From: Nitrospinota bacterium | GTDB lineage: Bacteria > UBA8248 | DNA length: 64,000 bases | Direction: 5' to 3' | Assembly: GCA_036231405.1 (NCBI GenBank) | Contig: JAZAHK010000028.1 | Coordinates: forward strand, 75,164 to 139,163 | In this document: positions 41,145 to 51,584 of the stretch, piece by piece | Numbering within the stretch: the stretch's first letter is position 1 | Layout: every line of letters starts with the position of its first letter | Program-made: the position numbers and the translations under genes | The notes under the pieces: model-generated | The model's database searches: none | What the model was told of the DNA's origin: nothing | Seen by the model: only the letters and a program-made list of their open reading frames with translations

Positions 41145-41900
41145 TCATATGATCTCATTCGAGAAAATTTCTAAAAGCTCGCCAGCTTCTTTTTGGATGA
41201 CTAAGTGTCCATTAGAGTTTATTTTTACAATTCTTCCTTCATCTTTACTTTCTTTGATATATACTCGTTCGCCTATTGAATCGCAAAAACTCGTCCATCT
41301 TGCCTGAATCTTTTCGAATCCGGTACATATAAGTTCATTGTATAATTGTTTTTGTTTTTCAAGTAGCGTGTAAAGTAGCTTTTTATTTTCTATTTCTCCT
41401 AAGCCTTCATTTTTTAGTGAAGTAGTATTTTTACGCAGATCGTCAGGGAGATTTCTAACGTTCATATTTGTATTTACTCCTATTCCTATAGTGACGGCAG
41501 GATTCTTTTCTTTGTCAATTTCAATTTCACAGAGAATTCCACCGATTTTCTTTTTATTAACACGTATATCGTTTGGCCATTTTAGGCCTATTGAAAGAGG
41601 TTTGTTTTTTATGTTAGAAAATTTCTGTAATCCTTCTGCTACGCCTAAACCAGAACTTAAACTGAGAAGATGTAATTTTTCTTTTGATAATTTTGGTCTT
41701 AAAAGAAATGAAAAATATAATCCATCCCTTTTAGGAGAGTACCATGTTCTTCCTAATCTACCTCGCCCCTTTTTTTGTGAATACGCATATACAACAAGTC
41801 CTTCTTTTGCCCCTTGTCGAGAACTATCAAGAATAATATCATTTGTAGACTCAACTTCTTTATATTCTTGAACATTCCAGATGAGTTCTTTTTTGGACAT
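41145..41900 (-). CDS. birA: Biotin-protein ligase without N-terminal HTH
   Basis: STND, Q.KGRGRLGR.W, KWPND, KKIGGIL, GIGVN. Confidence 0.93.
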   Translation of the reverse strand: MSKKELIWNVQEYKEVESTNDIILDSSRQGAKEGLVVYAYSQKKGRGRLGRTWYSPKRDGLYFSFLLRPKLSKEKLHLLSLSSGLGVAEGLQKFSNIKNKPLSIGLKWPNDIRVNKKKIGGILCEIEIDKEKNPAVTIGIGVNTNMNVRNLPDDLRKNTTSLKNEGLGEIENKKLLYTLLEKQKQLYNELICTGFEKIQARWTSFCDSIGERVYIKESKDEGRIVKINSNGHLVIQKEAGELLEIFSNEII

Positions 41901-41912
41901 TTTATTTATAAA

Positions 41913-44534
41913 TTAGCCAGTTTTGGTGAGTTTATTTAAATTTGTTGAAAGTTTTTCATGTCTATTTTGCTCGTCTTTAAGTTTTTCTTCGTTTTTTTCA
42001 ATAACTTCTTTAGGAGCTTTTTGCGTAAATTCCTTGTTTGAAAGTTTCTTTTTCAATGCGAGAACTGTTTTCTCAGTTTCGGCGAGTTGCTTTTTGAGAC
42101 GATTTGTTTCGCTATCGATATCAATTAGCCCCTCGAGGGGTATAAAAATCTGCATATTTCTAATTACTGCTGATGAAATAAGCTTAGGTGGTTGAATATC
42201 GGTTCCGATTGACCATTCTGATCCGATTTTGGACAATCTTTTTATTGTTTCTTCTTCTCTCAAAATTAAAGATTCGTGTTCTTGATTAGAGACTTTTATC
42301 AAACATGGAATTTCTTGTCCCGGAGATATATTGAGTTCACCACGTAAGTTCCTTATGGTGCTAACGATGTCAATTATTATTGAAAAATCCTCTTCTGAAT
42401 CTGGATTTTCAAATTCCGGGTCATATTTTGGCCACTCTGATACCATAATAGAACTTTTTTTCCCCTTAATGGGTAGTTTATCCCATATTTCTTCAGTGAT
42501 GAAGGGCATAACAGGATGGAGTAATCTAAGGATTTGGCTTAAAACGAGAACAAGAATATCTTTACTCTTTGAATCGATTTCATCATTTATAATATTAGGT
42601 TTAACTGCCTCTATGTACCAATCACAAAACTCATGCCAGATAAATTGGTAAAGTGTAGATGCAAAATCATTAAACCTGTATTCATCAAGGGATTTCTCAA
42701 CTTCTCTCGTCACACTGTTTGCTCTGCTTAGAATCCATCTGTCTGCAAGTGTAAGAGAAGAGCTTTCTGGAATGGTTTCAACTTCTTTTTCTACGTTTAA
42801 TAATATGAAACGTGCAGCATTCCAAATTTTGTTGCAGAAATTCCTGTATCCAGCAATTCTTTCCTCTGACAGTCGAACATCTCGACCTTGCGCGGCCATA
42901 GCAGTCAGAGTAAATCTCAGAGAGTCTGCACCAGATTCTTCAATAATTTCTATAGGATCAATTACATTGCCTCTTGTTTTGCTCATTTTTTGGCCATCTT
43001 CGTCTCTAACTAGAGCATGTATGTACACGTCTTTAAAAGGAACGTCATCCATAAACTTCAAACCTGCCATAATCATCCTAGCGACCCAAAAGAAAATGAT
43101 GTCAAATCCTGTAACTAGTGTTGAAGTTGGGTAAAAGTAATCTAAGTCAGGTGTTTTTTTTGGCCAACCGAAAGTAGAAAAGGGCCAGAGTGCGGAACTA
43201 AACCATGTGTCTAGAACATCAGTTTCACGGCGATAATTTTGATCTGTTATGTCTTCACGTGAGACTATAACCTCTCCAGTCTCTACATTGTACCAAGCAG
43301 GAATTTGATGGCCCCACCAAATTTGTCGGCTAATGCACCAATCTTTTATGTTATGCATCCATTCAAAATACGTATTTTCCCATTGTTTGGGGATAATACG
43401 TATTTTGCCATTCTCGACAGAACGAATAGCTTCCTCTGCTAAGGGTTTAGTTCTGATAAACCACTGTTTTGATAAAAAAGGTTCTATAATAGTTTCGCAA
43501 CGATAACAAATCCCGACATTGTGTTCGTGATCTTTAACCTGTTTCAAAAAAGATAAATTTTTTAAATCTGATATTATTTTTTCTCTTGCTTCAAACCGGT
43601 CAAGCCCCTGATATTTTCCCCCATTTTCGTTAATTTTCCCATCTTCGGTGAGAATATTTATTTGTGGCAATTCATTTCTTTTTCCGGCCTCATAATCGTT
43701 TGGATCGTGTGCAGGGGTTATCTTCACGACACCAGATCCAAACTCTGGGTCTACAAAATCATCGGCAATGAGAGGGATTTCTCTCCCTACTAGAGGGAGT
43801 TGTAATTTTCTCCCTATGAATTTTTTATATCTTTCATCTTGGGGATGGACTGCTAGAGCAGTATCACCGAGCATAGTTTCGGGTCTTGTTGTTGAAACTA
43901 TTAATCCTGATTCTTCATTCTCGAAAGGATAGAAAATATCCCATAAGGACCCTTGTTGTTCTTCGAACTCGACTTCAAGGTCTGAAACAGCTGTTCCGCA
44001 GCGTGGGCACCAATTTACAAGATAGTCACCTCTATAAATAAGGTCGTCTTCGTATAAACGTACAAATGCTTCTCTTACGGCAATAGACAGCCCTTCGTCC
44101 ATCGTGAATCGTTCTTTATCCCAATCACAAGACGCCCCAAGTCTATGTAATTGATTGATAATTGTCCCTCCACTTTTCTCTTTCCATTTCCAAATTTCTT
44201 TAACGAAATTTTCTCTCCCTAGCTCTTCTCTCGACTTGTTTTCTAGAGATAGCATTCTCTCAACCACATTCTGAGTTGCAATTCCAGCGTGGTCAGTTCC
44301 AGGCATCCAGCAAACTGAAAAACCTTTCATCCTATGCCATCTTGCGAGTATATCCTGAAGAGTATTATTTAATGCGTGCCCCATATGAAGAGAGCCGGTC
44401 ACATTGGGAGGAGGTATAACCAGAGAAAACATTTTTTTCTTACTATCAGGAATGCCTTTGAAATACTCTTTTTTTTGCCAGTCAGCATACCATTTTGCTT
44501 CTGTTACTTTTGGATTGTACCTAGTTTCTAACAA
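41913..44534 (-). CDS. valS: Valine-tRNA ligase
   Basis: PPPNVTGSLHMGH, DHAGIATQ, KMSKT. Confidence 0.98.
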   Translation of the reverse strand: MLETRYNPKVTEAKWYADWQKKEYFKGIPDSKKKMFSLVIPPPNVTGSLHMGHALNNTLQDILARWHRMKGFSVCWMPGTDHAGIATQNVVERMLSLENKSREELGRENFVKEIWKWKEKSGGTIINQLHRLGASCDWDKERFTMDEGLSIAVREAFVRLYEDDLIYRGDYLVNWCPRCGTAVSDLEVEFEEQQGSLWDIFYPFENEESGLIVSTTRPETMLGDTALAVHPQDERYKKFIGRKLQLPLVGREIPLIADDFVDPEFGSGVVKITPAHDPNDYEAGKRNELPQINILTEDGKINENGGKYQGLDRFEAREKIISDLKNLSFLKQVKDHEHNVGICYRCETIIEPFLSKQWFIRTKPLAEEAIRSVENGKIRIIPKQWENTYFEWMHNIKDWCISRQIWWGHQIPAWYNVETGEVIVSREDITDQNYRRETDVLDTWFSSALWPFSTFGWPKKTPDLDYFYPTSTLVTGFDIIFFWVARMIMAGLKFMDDVPFKDVYIHALVRDEDGQKMSKTRGNVIDPIEIIEESGADSLRFTLTAMAAQGRDVRLSEERIAGYRNFCNKIWNAARFILLNVEKEVETIPESSSLTLADRWILSRANSVTREVEKSLDEYRFNDFASTLYQFIWHEFCDWYIEAVKPNIINDEIDSKSKDILVLVLSQILRLLHPVMPFITEEIWDKLPIKGKKSSIMVSEWPKYDPEFENPDSEEDFSIIIDIVSTIRNLRGELNISPGQEIPCLIKVSNQEHESLILREEETIKRLSKIGSEWSIGTDIQPPKLISSAVIRNMQIFIPLEGLIDIDSETNRLKKQLAETEKTVLALKKKLSNKEFTQKAPKEVIEKNEEKLKDEQNRHEKLSTNLNKLTKTG

Positions 44535-44603
44535 AACTTACTCCATGTGCAAATTTACTTCAGATTTAAATAAACGAGAAAACCATTAAAAACTGAGTCG
44601 AAA

Positions 44604-45650
44604 TCATCTTGATGATGACACTCCGCCATAATTTAGGTCAACCTTTCTAAACCTTTGTTTTTTGATAAGGCGAATTTTCTTTCGGTGTTCTTTATATGTT
44701 CTCGAAAAGAGATGTCCTTTTTCTTCAGCGGCAACGAAATAGAGAAATCTTTTTGCCGAAGGATTTAATACAGCGGATATAGATTCGAATCCAGGATTAG
44801 CAATTGGTCCTGGAGGAAGTCCTCTATGTATATACGTGTTGTAGGGGGAATTATAACGCAAGTCTTTTTTTGATAATTTGCCCTTAAAAAAAGGGAGAGA
44901 ATAAATTACCGTGGGGTCACTTTGAAGTCGCATGTTCTTTTTTAATCTATTTAGAAAAACAGAGGCGATTAGGAATCTCTCATTGTGAATGGAAGTTTCT
45001 TTTTCCACTATTGAAGCAAGCGTGAGTACTTTGTGTAAAGTACTTTTTTTCTTACTTATTTTTGTCATAATTTGTGGGGTTATTTTTTTTCTTAGGTTTT
45101 GAAACATCTTTTTTAAAACAAGTTTAGGTTTCGTTTTTATTTTAAAAAAATAGGTGTCTGGAAAAAGATATCCTTCAAGTGAATCAACATTTAAGCCTAA
45201 GGAAGTAATAAACTCTTTTTCTCTGCTTATTCGAATGAAGTCTTCTTTACTAGTTATTTTATTTTCTTCTAGTTTCTGTGCGATCGATTGGACTGTAAAA
45301 CCTTCTGGGATGGTGATCTTTTTTGTCGCTACGAATCCATTTGTAAGAATTGTGTATATTTTTTTTTGTGTCATTGAGGGACTAAGTTCATAGATTCCAA
45401 CTCTTAATTTCTTTGATGCTCCTCTCAGCATAACTTGTATGTTAAATAAGTAGGGAGACTGAATAATTCCCCTTTTAAAAAGTAATGAAGACACTTGGAA
45501 TAATCCCATGCCTTTTTTGACTTCTATTAAATGATGTTCTTTTTTTTTCTCGCTTAAAGCCGTGTTGAAAATATTATTTGTATACATAAGTGCTAAGGAG
45601 AAAATTATCAAAATTGAGAAGAGATAAAATAATTTTATTTTGTAATTCAT
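44604..45650 (-). CDS. mltG: Endolytic transglycosylase MltG (YceG)
   Basis: TIPEG, LEGYLFPDTY, ASIVEKE, LQSDPT, SPYNTY..GLPPGPI. Confidence 0.95.
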   Translation of the reverse strand: MNYKIKLFYLFSILIIFSLALMYTNNIFNTALSEKKKEHHLIEVKKGMGLFQVSSLLFKRGIIQSPYLFNIQVMLRGASKKLRVGIYELSPSMTQKKIYTILTNGFVATKKITIPEGFTVQSIAQKLEENKITSKEDFIRISREKEFITSLGLNVDSLEGYLFPDTYFFKIKTKPKLVLKKMFQNLRKKITPQIMTKISKKKSTLHKVLTLASIVEKETSIHNERFLIASVFLNRLKKNMRLQSDPTVIYSLPFFKGKLSKKDLRYNSPYNTYIHRGLPPGPIANPGFESISAVLNPSAKRFLYFVAAEEKGHLFSRTYKEHRKKIRLIKKQRFRKVDLNYGGVSSSR

Positions 45651-45653
45651 TTT

Positions 45654-46079
45654 TTAATTTTTTCTATTTTTATCTAAATAACCTTGGAGAATGAGCTGTG
45701 CTGAAATTATATCTATACTTTCCTTTTTTTTATTTTTTGAAACTCCAGTCAATATTTTTCCAGCCTCGAGGGTAGATAAACGTTCCTCCCATTTTTCAAT
45801 AAGCAAATCAGAAGATTTTCTCATACGTGAAATGAATTTTTGTGTTTTTTTTGTCTGAGAAGAATAAGTTCCGTCTAGTGAAACGGGAAAGCCTACAATA
45901 ATCTTTTCTACATCATGCGCAACTGTTATTTCTTTAATTTCTGAAATCAAATCGGTGTCATTTTGTCTGTTGATAAGTGCAAGAGGTTGTGCTGTTAGCT
46001 GTAATTCGTCACTAATTGCCACCCCAACTCTTCTGTCTCCATAATCTATTCCAAGTACGCGCTTATTTTTTTTCGTCAA
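45654..46079 (-). CDS. ruvX: YqgF/RuvX nuclease
   Basis: LGIDYGDRRVGVAISD, IVGFP, EERLST, ILQGYLD. Confidence 0.93.
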   Translation of the reverse strand: MTKKNKRVLGIDYGDRRVGVAISDELQLTAQPLALINRQNDTDLISEIKEITVAHDVEKIIVGFPVSLDGTYSSQTKKTQKFISRMRKSSDLLIEKWEERLSTLEAGKILTGVSKNKKKESIDIISAQLILQGYLDKNRKN

Positions 46080-46095
46080 CTCTTATAACTTCTAT

Positions 46096-47682
46096 TTAGT
46101 TTTTTGAAAGAGTTATTTTGTAATGTGTTAAAGTTGTCTGTGTCGTTTTTCTGAGTAATGCTAAGTTTTTCTTATAATTTATCAGCGCATGTATATGGTT
46201 TAAAGATGCACTTTCTAAGGACTCTTGGTCTTCTAAAATCTGTCGGCTTGTCGCAAGTCCCAAACTGAATTTTTGTTCCTGGACTTTTAAACGTTGTTTT
46301 GCGAGCTTTTTAGCTAGGCGGGTAGTTTTTATTCTTTTCATGCTAGTTTTAGTCATTCGAGAATTTTTTTGTACTTCCTCTAAAATCTTTTGTTTATTTT
46401 TCTTGAAAATTTCTTTTGCCTCGTAATACTCATTTCTTGATTTTCTGTAATTAGATTTTGCTTCTCTATTCCCTAATGGAAATTCAAATGCCAGTTTACC
46501 TGATATTTCATATCCCTTGTTGGAGAATTGCCTTTTCAAGGCCTTTGTTGTCGAGTCTTGCCTTGAACTGTTTTTAAGGCTGCTAGTCAGATCGAGTTTT
46601 GGTAATAAGAGATTCCATTTTTTGTCGATAGTGATTCTTTTCTTTCGAATTTCAATTTTGTCTTTCATTAGATCAGTTCTTTTTGAAAGAGCTTTTTCAA
46701 ACAAATCAAATTCATTGAGTTTAACAGCCTTGAAGGAGAGCTTGTTGGTTGGATTAAGGGTAATTTTTCTAGAAGATTCAGAACTCATGGGTACATTTAG
46801 AAGGATTTTTAAAGCATCTTCTTTTTCAAGAGAATCTCTTTTTGCGACAATTAATTCGTCCTCTCTCATTGCTACACTTGTTTTTGCGTCTAGAATTTCT
46901 ATTCTAGTAAGAGTCCCTATTTTTACTTGTATTTTATTCCGACGAAGTAAATCTTTAGCAAGTTCTAGTGATTTCTTTTTTAATTTCAAATTTCTGAGTG
47001 CAAGGATTAAATCCCAATAAGATATTTCCACGTCCGTAACAATTTTTGTGATTTTATTCTTGTATTCGTTTGTTGATTGTCGAAGATTTTCCGTGGCTAT
47101 TCTAATATCTGCAGAATTTAGGTCTACCCCGTAATTCCTAAGAAGTGGTTGTGTGACAGAAAGAGTGAGTCCAGTACTGAAGTTTGGGTTAAAAAGATTG
47201 TTTTTTGAGTTTATTCTCTCACGATCCCAATCTAAAAGCATAGATAATTGTGCGCCACTTATAGCCTTTTTTTTGAAACCAGCTTGAATATTTTGTGAAC
47301 TACTTATTTTTTTTGTGTTACCAGTAGCGGTAGTACTTACAGTTTCATTCTTTAATTTTTCTGATTCCCCACTCGCGATAAAGGTCGTATCAAACTCTGA
47401 TTTTTTCTCTACAATTTCTTCTTTTTTAATTTGTTTCCTTAATTTTTCTATGCTGATGTCAAAATTTCTAGCTAAAGCTAAACTTATTGCTTCTTTTAAA
47501 GATAGTCCTAGTTTGAGAGAGTTTACTTTAGGTGTAGAAATCGGACTTTTGGGACGGTTTCTTTTAATACTATCTTCTTTATGAGACCGTTTTGAGAATT
47601 GGTTTGCAAATGAATTACTTCCTAGCCACAAAAAAGAACATAGAATCGTGTAAATTAAAAATATTTTTGATGAAATATGCAT
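46096..47682 (-). CDS. TolC family outer membrane protein
   Basis: Signal peptide, LSLKEAISLAL..N, TQPLLR, YWDL, LLPKLDL, two OEP-like halves. Confidence 0.85.
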   Translation of the reverse strand: MHISSKIFLIYTILCSFLWLGSNSFANQFSKRSHKEDSIKRNRPKSPISTPKVNSLKLGLSLKEAISLALARNFDISIEKLRKQIKKEEIVEKKSEFDTTFIASGESEKLKNETVSTTATGNTKKISSSQNIQAGFKKKAISGAQLSMLLDWDRERINSKNNLFNPNFSTGLTLSVTQPLLRNYGVDLNSADIRIATENLRQSTNEYKNKITKIVTDVEISYWDLILALRNLKLKKKSLELAKDLLRRNKIQVKIGTLTRIEILDAKTSVAMREDELIVAKRDSLEKEDALKILLNVPMSSESSRKITLNPTNKLSFKAVKLNEFDLFEKALSKRTDLMKDKIEIRKKRITIDKKWNLLLPKLDLTSSLKNSSRQDSTTKALKRQFSNKGYEISGKLAFEFPLGNREAKSNYRKSRNEYYEAKEIFKKNKQKILEEVQKNSRMTKTSMKRIKTTRLAKKLAKQRLKVQEQKFSLGLATSRQILEDQESLESASLNHIHALINYKKNLALLRKTTQTTLTHYKITLSKN

Positions 47683-47895
47683 CTAATTCCTTTATAAGGA
47701 AATGGACTTTACCCGGTTTAATCACATTTTTATGCCATCAATGATTAAAGCGTATTCTAAGATTGATTGCAATCGATTAAGTAATGGAATTTGTTTGTTT
47801 ATTTTTTTGTAGTTATATGGTTGAAATTCTTTAGTTTTCAAGGTACTGATTTCTCTGTTGTAGTGACTATGTTTTCTTTCTTATAGGATTGTTGT

Positions 47896-48831
47896 ATGGA
47901 AATTATAAAAGGTATTGATAGTATAGGTTCTGATTGGGGTGGGGCAGTTCTGTCAATCGGCAATTTCGATGGAGTCCATCTGGCACATAAAAATATTTGT
48001 GCAAAACTACGAGAAAAGTCGCAAAGTGAAAGATTGAAATCCGTAATACTTACTTTTGACCCACATCCTTTGTCCGTTGTGGCACCAGACAGGTGTCCTT
48101 CTTTAATGACAACATTGTCTGAAAAAATAGCAAGGCTCGAGAAAGAAGGCGTCGATGCTCTCATAGTTGAACCTTTCACGCGAAATCTTTCTGGATTTAG
48201 TCCCGAAGAATTTGTGGCTACCTATATAATTGACGGGATAAAATGCAAACATATTTTGGTAGGTTATAATTTTCGTTTTGGTAAGAATAGAGAAGGAAAT
48301 ATAGATTTTCTTAAAACACTGGGAAAGGAGTTTGATTTTTTAGTTGACGTTTTAGAACCTTTCTCTTTTCAGGGAAAAGTAGTTAGTAGTACAGAGATTC
48401 GTAAGTTGCTTGCATCTGGTTCTGTTGCGGATGCAAATTTACTGCTTGGAACAAGGCATAGCCTTGAAGGTCTCGTAGAAAGAGGAGATGGAAGAGGCTC
48501 GAAAATTGGGGTTCCTACTGCAAATATTTCTTCTCCTTCAACACTAGTTCCATCTAATGGGGTTTATGCGTGTTGGTCAAAAGTCGACGCTGTTTCTTCT
48601 GAATATTTGCCGACTGTTTTGAATATAGGAAATAGACCAACTTTTGATGGTCTGGGTGTTACTATAGAGGCTCATCTGATTAATTGGGAAGGCGGAGATA
48701 TATACGGAGAAGAAATTCGTTTAGAGTTTGTTAGAAAAATTAGGGATGAAATGAAATTTCCCAGTGTTGAAAATCTTGTGCAGCAAATTGGTTTAGATAT
48801 TGAACAAGCACGCACGATACTTGAAAAATAA
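47896..48831 (+). CDS. ribF: Bifunctional riboflavin kinase/FAD synthetase
   Basis: GNFDGVHLAH, TFDPHP, SSTEIR, PTAN, NIGNRPTF, IRDEMKF. Confidence 0.96.
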   Translation: MEIIKGIDSIGSDWGGAVLSIGNFDGVHLAHKNICAKLREKSQSERLKSVILTFDPHPLSVVAPDRCPSLMTTLSEKIARLEKEGVDALIVEPFTRNLSGFSPEEFVATYIIDGIKCKHILVGYNFRFGKNREGNIDFLKTLGKEFDFLVDVLEPFSFQGKVVSSTEIRKLLASGSVADANLLLGTRHSLEGLVERGDGRGSKIGVPTANISSPSTLVPSNGVYACWSKVDAVSSEYLPTVLNIGNRPTFDGLGVTIEAHLINWEGGDIYGEEIRLEFVRKIRDEMKFPSVENLVQQIGLDIEQARTILEK

Positions 48832-48874
48832 AAAATTAATCTTTTTCGTTCGCAATGATTGATTAGGAGGTAAA

Positions 48875-50128
48875 ATGGAAGTAAGGAAAAGTGTTTTATC
48901 CAATGGTATTCAGGTGGTTACGACCGAAAGGAGCGAATCTGCTGCAGTAGCATTTCATATCTATTTTGGCTGTGGTGGTCGTCATGAAAGAGACGAAGTT
49001 GTTGGTGTTTCACATGCCCTTGAACATATGGTTTTTAAAGGAACACCAACTCGCTCTACTTTAGATATTGCAAGAGAAATGGAAGGTAATGGGGCTTCGA
49101 TTAATGCGAACACTGCTGCAGAACGAACTTGCTATCATTTCACCTCTCCAGTGCAAGTTTTTGAAAAAGTCTTAAATGTTTACGCAGATGCTGTAAATAA
49201 CTGTCTGTTGGATAAGGATGAGTGGAGCCGTGAGAGACATGTTATCTTGGAAGAGTTGAAAATGTATGAAGATATGCCGAGGGTTTGGGTTTCGGATTTG
49301 CTTGAGACTACTATGTTCAATCTTCAAGTAGGCGTTATTGGAAGTAAAGAAACAATAAATAGCATTGAACCTGAGAATATGCGTGAACTAATTGATACTT
49401 GGTACCAGCCTGGAAATACGGTTATCTCGGTAGCAGGTGGGGTTAAACACGAACAAGTTGTTGAACTTTCTGAAAATTTTTTTGGGTCTCGTTTCGGTAG
49501 TTCTGAAAGGCCTCAAAACGTTTCTCTCCCAGAATTGAGTAAGATGTCTTTTGTAGAGCAAGTAAGGCAAACAGATCAGGTTAACTTGTCTATTGGATTT
49601 CGTGGATATGGTCTTAATCACGAGAAACTTCAGTCACTCAGAGTGATGTGTAATATATTAGGTGGCAAAATGAGTAGTCGACTTTTTACAGAGGTGAGAG
49701 AAAAAAGGGGATTGGCTTACAGCGTAGGGGCCAGTGCTAATTGTTTTACAGATGCCGGGTATGTTGAAATGAAAGCAGGTGTCGCTTTAGAAAAGGCAGC
49801 TGAGGCGACTAAAGTGATTTTAGAGGAATCTGCAAAATTCAAGGATGAAGAAGTTTCGGATGAAGAACTGTCAGAAGCGAAAAGTTACATAAGAGGTAAT
49901 CTCCAAATTTACGAAAATTCAAGTTATTTCGCTGGTAGAAATGGTTCAAGTTTAATGTTGCGTAACATTCTTTATCCAATAACACAGGAAATAGAAGATG
50001 TGGAATCAGTTAATAAACAAGATATCGTTAGCGTTGCAAAGGATATCTTTGTGAAGGAAAAAATGACCGTTGCAGTTATTAGTGAAAAGTCTTTACGTGA
50101 GGAAATCAAAGAAAACTCACAGATTTAG
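48875..50128 (+). CDS. M16 family zinc peptidase (pitrilysin-like)
   Basis: HALEHMVFKGT (HxxEH), SSRLFTEVREKRGLAYSV. Confidence 0.93.
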   Translation: MEVRKSVLSNGIQVVTTERSESAAVAFHIYFGCGGRHERDEVVGVSHALEHMVFKGTPTRSTLDIAREMEGNGASINANTAAERTCYHFTSPVQVFEKVLNVYADAVNNCLLDKDEWSRERHVILEELKMYEDMPRVWVSDLLETTMFNLQVGVIGSKETINSIEPENMRELIDTWYQPGNTVISVAGGVKHEQVVELSENFFGSRFGSSERPQNVSLPELSKMSFVEQVRQTDQVNLSIGFRGYGLNHEKLQSLRVMCNILGGKMSSRLFTEVREKRGLAYSVGASANCFTDAGYVEMKAGVALEKAAEATKVILEESAKFKDEEVSDEELSEAKSYIRGNLQIYENSSYFAGRNGSSLMLRNILYPITQEIEDVESVNKQDIVSVAKDIFVKEKMTVAVISEKSLREEIKENSQI

Positions 50129-50131
50129 GAT

Positions 50132-50164
50132 AAAAACCCCCTGGAAAAAATAATTCCAGGGGTT
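50132..50164. terminator. Intrinsic terminator between the M16 peptidase and the convergent BI-1 gene
   Basis: AAAAA-CCCCCTGGAA...TTCCAGGGG-TT; U-tail on the minus strand. Confidence 0.75.
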
Positions 50165-50174
50165 GAGAATTCGC

Positions 50175-50885
50175 CTAGTCTCTTGAACTTCCTAATAAAT
50201 GAGTAAGAAAAATAAACATGTTTATAAAATCAAGGTAAAGTTCAAGTGCAGCCATGACTGATGCTCTTCTGCCAATTTCGTTGTTGGTATCTTGAGAATA
50301 GGCATATTCTTTCATTTTTTGAGTGTCATAGGCAGTAAGACCTGCAAAAACGAGGACTCCAATAACACTTATTGCAAAATGAAGAGCGTTGCTTTGCATA
50401 AAGAAATTAACAATCATCGCTATAATAATTCCAAACAGACCGACGTAAAGGAAATTTTGCCATCCAGATAAGTCTTTTTTGGTAACAAAAGCAAAAATGG
50501 TCATTGCCCCAAAAGCGCCTGAAGTAACAAAGAAAGCTTGTGATACAGATGAAAAGGTATAACGTAGCAAGAGACTGGAAACGGTTACTCCAAGTGAAGC
50601 ACTGAATGCGATAAAGAGGAGGAGTCCAATTTGCCAACCGCCACTCCTCATAGCTGGTCTAATCGCAAAAACAATACCTATTTGGACAGCTAGAATCAAT
50701 AAAATAGACATAGAACTACCGAAGATAAATCGAATTGCACTTTCACTTGATGCAATATAGAAAGAACTAAACCCAGTTACAATTAGACCGAGTGTCATCC
50801 AACCATATACACGTTGCATGAATGCTGCCGCCTGAAGTGCAATAGAATCTTGTCGATTTAGTTGTGTTGCATTACCCGAACGCAT
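50175..50885 (-). CDS. Bax inhibitor-1/YccA family membrane protein
   Basis: FMQRVYGWM, TKKDLS, TAYDTQ, ALELYLDFINMF. Confidence 0.93.
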   Translation of the reverse strand: MRSGNATQLNRQDSIALQAAAFMQRVYGWMTLGLIVTGFSSFYIASSESAIRFIFGSSMSILLILAVQIGIVFAIRPAMRSGGWQIGLLLFIAFSASLGVTVSSLLLRYTFSSVSQAFFVTSGAFGAMTIFAFVTKKDLSGWQNFLYVGLFGIIIAMIVNFFMQSNALHFAISVIGVLVFAGLTAYDTQKMKEYAYSQDTNNEIGRRASVMAALELYLDFINMFIFLTHLLGSSRD

Positions 50886-50989
50886 CTCTATTTTCTCCTA
50901 TAATTAGTTTTAAAAACTTAGTAACATCTCAATTATAATTTAAAATTGTTTAGTTATGCAATTTTTAATTGAAACTTTGGTTCTAAAGT

Positions 50990-51015
50990 TTTATAGTTAG
51001 GTGGCTAACTATAAA
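50990..51015. promoter_or_regulatory. Candidate MarR operator (perfect 11-bp inverted repeat)
   Basis: TTTATAGTTAG-gtgg-CTAACTATAAA directly upstream of the marR RBS. Confidence 0.7.
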
Positions 51016-51026
51016 TGAGGTTCCAA

Positions 51027-51542
51027 ATGTTTTGTATGAAAGACCTTCCGACTAGAGAGGATTTTGCACCATTGGAAGTTTATGCAAGTTTAGAACCTTC
51101 CTCCATGCTCCTTTTCTATCAATTTTTGAGATCAGGAAGTGATCTTCTTACAATTTTCGATGATTTTCTCATTTCTCATGGGATATCACAGGGAAGATTT
51201 GTTGTCCTTTTAATCCTCAGAAGAAAAGAGGAAGGTTTCGCGCCGTCAGACTTAGCAGAAAGTGCTGGAGTGACTAGAGCGACTATGACTGGTCTTGTGG
51301 ATGGTCTTGAGCGTGATGGATTTGTTAAGAGATATGATTTACACGAAGATAAAAGAAGAACGAATGTAAGAATTACAGAAAAAGGAGAGGAACTTCTGAA
51401 AACTATTTTTCCTGATTATTTTTCTTCAATAGCTGATTTAATGTCAGATATGACAGATGAAGAGAAACGGATTATATCTAAATTTCTGTTAAAATTGGAT
51501 ATAGGAATATCAAATTCGAAGGGAGCCAAAAGTGTTGCATGA
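51027..51542 (+). CDS. MarR family transcriptional regulator
   Basis: ISQGRF.VL, PSDLAE.AGVTRATMTGLVDGLERDG, DKRR..VRITEKG; ATG 51027 after GAGG. Confidence 0.93.
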   Translation: MFCMKDLPTREDFAPLEVYASLEPSSMLLFYQFLRSGSDLLTIFDDFLISHGISQGRFVVLLILRRKEEGFAPSDLAESAGVTRATMTGLVDGLERDGFVKRYDLHEDKRRTNVRITEKGEELLKTIFPDYFSSIADLMSDMTDEEKRIISKFLLKLDIGISNSKGAKSVA

Positions 51543-51584
51543 GATTTTAAATGGGAGTGTTCATTTTTAAATAAGGAGTAAGAA

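Noticed and set aside
44535-44603. T-box leader for valS
   Set aside because: Spacer is only about 70 bp and lacks the T-box motif
47683-47895. FMN riboswitch upstream of ribF
   Set aside because: AT-rich spacer with none of the conserved RFN sequence blocks
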